64,000 nt of DNA. Origin: Hypanus sabinus (Eukaryota). The translations under genes and the position numbers were made by a program. The stretch spans positions 91,140,001 through 91,204,000 of the forward strand of contig NC_082718.1 in the NCBI RefSeq assembly GCF_030144855.1. The letters run 5' to 3'. The notes beneath the pieces were generated by a model, which was not told where the DNA came from, did not search any database, and saw nothing but the letters and a program-made list of their open reading frames with translations. Below are positions 62,200-64,000 of this stretch, piece after piece (the first letter of the stretch is position 1; every line of letters begins with the position of its first letter).

Positions 62200-64000
62200 C
62201 GGGAAGCTTCTAGAGCTGAAGCTCCTCAAACCTCTGCCTCCAATAGAAGATAGATCTTGGTAATAGGCCTGTCTACAACTCATCTTGGTCTTGACATGCA
62301 CCTGCTGCATAAATCCTCTTCTGTCTGGAAATACTTAAATGATTCTTCCCACCATCCATGAGTATTAAGGTGTTGCAACATCAACTATAAGTACAAGGTC
62401 TCTTGGGAGGATATTGTGTTTTATACCTAACCATTTCTGACACCTCTGTATCTGTGGTAAATACTCCTTGACCCACCGTTTCCAAAACAAGTTTGATATG
62501 TATTGGATCTGCTTCCATCTACAATGAGCATAGGCTTCTTTCAACGGATGCTGCCCGACCTGCTGAGTTCATCCAGTTTTTTGGTACGTCTACAATGAGC
62601 ATAAATGTCTTCCGTTTGGAACTTTCCTGGTGGTAAGGACGGTGATGTCTTCCAAAGCAACAGATGGTTGGGTGTTAATGCTTCCAAATCATTGATATTG
62701 GAGGATGCACCCGTAATTGGTTGACCATTGATACTTCACAAAGTACTGTGTGGAAATACTCTTTGTCAAGATTTTGTACCTTCATGGTGGAATTGAGGAC
62801 CTTTTTCACAGACCTGTTGAACCTCTTACATGTTTCTCCATGATGTGAGCCAGCTGGAGGGTTAAAAATCCAATTAATTTCTTTTTAAAGAAGGACGTCA
62901 CTACATTGTGAATATTTCTGTTTTTTAATGACTTCTTGCAACTCGCACTCAGCCCCAACGAAGTTTGTTACATTATCGGAGCACAGTTCACAAACATGTC
63001 CTCATTTTGTTGTAAAGGGTCAAAGGGAAAACAAAAGAATCTGTCTAAAGAAAATGCCACTTCAGTGTGAACTGCTGGTATAGTTAGACAGGTAATTATG
63101 ACCCCTTACCTCTTCACTTTAGTCCTTCTGCTTGTCACTTCAAAAGTAGTCCACTCCTACACGTTTAAACAGCGATTCATCTGGAGAGGCCCTATCCAGA
63201 GGTAGATCTGCCATGTGCTGGCAACCTGGATCTGTGAGCAACCATCAACAAACAACACACTTACACAGGATCCTTTTTATAGCTGTACAAGCACCAGGAA
63301 TCCATTATTTTTGGCATGACCTGGATAACATGTGATTATGGCCACCATGTCCCACCTCTTGATGTACATGCTCAGAATGATGTCTGAGATATAAAGATCC
63401 TTTGCCAGTATGACAAGATATTTAGATTCTTCAGGCATAGCTGCCTTACTAAGTCATCCACCAACTCTCAAAACACCATCTTCAAGTACTGGATCACGCT
63501 TGAAAACATGGACATTCCTTTCCACACTCTCTGCCTTTGCAAACTTGAGAACTCATTTGGAAATCTCTTTGACAAAACCCAATTATCTCCATTTCAGCCT
63601 TTCTGAGCTCCTCCAGTGAGAGACAATCTTGATTGATCTGATTTTTGGCCTTCTCAAATCTCTCTCTCCAAAGAATATCCTTGTTGTTCTTCAGCCAAGT
63701 CAGACTGAGCAAGAGCAATGCCCACTTGCTTCCTTTTTTGACTAAGAAGCAAGAGCAGGTTCTTAAATCTAAGAATCCAGGCCATTGTTTTCCTCAACTA
63801 GTTCCAAGATGAGAAATAATGGATTATATGTGTTACTGTGTCCACCTCCTCTTCAACCTTCATGGAATTCATTGTAACACTCCTCTTGACTTCTGGATCA
63901 GCTAGCAGAAGTTCTCCAGAAGAATCAGAATTCACAGATCTCTTCCATCACCATAATCTCCTTTCAGTGGTCCATTCACAGTCCAACCCAACATTGTTCT
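62200..64000 (-). mobile_element. BEL/Pao LTR retrotransposon, decayed RNaseH-integrase region; runs off the window end
   Basis: Minus-strand fragments LEELRKAEMEII, DLPLDR...FKRVGVDYF, SDNVTNFVGAECEL, FNPPAGSHHG, LTPNHLL and QYISNLFWKRWVKEYLP. Confidence 0.85.
62533..62588 (+). mobile_element. 56-bp Penelope-derived insertion with 15-bp TSD
   Basis: gatgctgcccgacctgctgagttcatccag is flanked by tctacaatgagcata at 62518-62532 and 62589-62603. Confidence 0.85.

Noticed and set aside
1-64000. CRISPR arrays, prokaryotic operons or defence systems, rRNA
   Set aside because: The window is intron-rich vertebrate DNA. No regularly spaced repeat-spacer array or rRNA-like sequence was seen.

Overview
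Vertebrate genomic DNA. The repeat content (V-SINEs, CR1, Rex1/Babar, abundant Penelope-derived repeats) suggests a cartilaginous fish, probably a ray; this is inference. Two protein-coding genes converge tail-to-tail in the same order as in mammals. ORAI1 lies on + (2 coding exons, 4705-4818 and 24487-25041, 222 aa, ORAI1beta-like with no N-terminal extension). MORN3 lies on - (5 coding exons, 58023 to 37651, 250 aa) and has two RFX X-boxes just upstream. The rest is mostly transposon-derived: a decayed Buster/Charlie hAT and its ~80-bp MITEs, a pogo (Passer-like) element, two Tigger-like non-autonomous copies, CR1 and Rex1 LINEs, a BEL/Pao remnant, Gypsy-type and solo LTRs, several SINE families, and a tailless 3'-truncated U6 retrocopy. 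The most interesting signal is a family of short Penelope-derived elements. They carry a minimal hammerhead-ribozyme motif and repeatedly occur as head-to-head fold-back insertions with 12-13 bp target-site duplications. Repeat boundaries were read by eye and are approximate unless a TSD or TIR is quoted.
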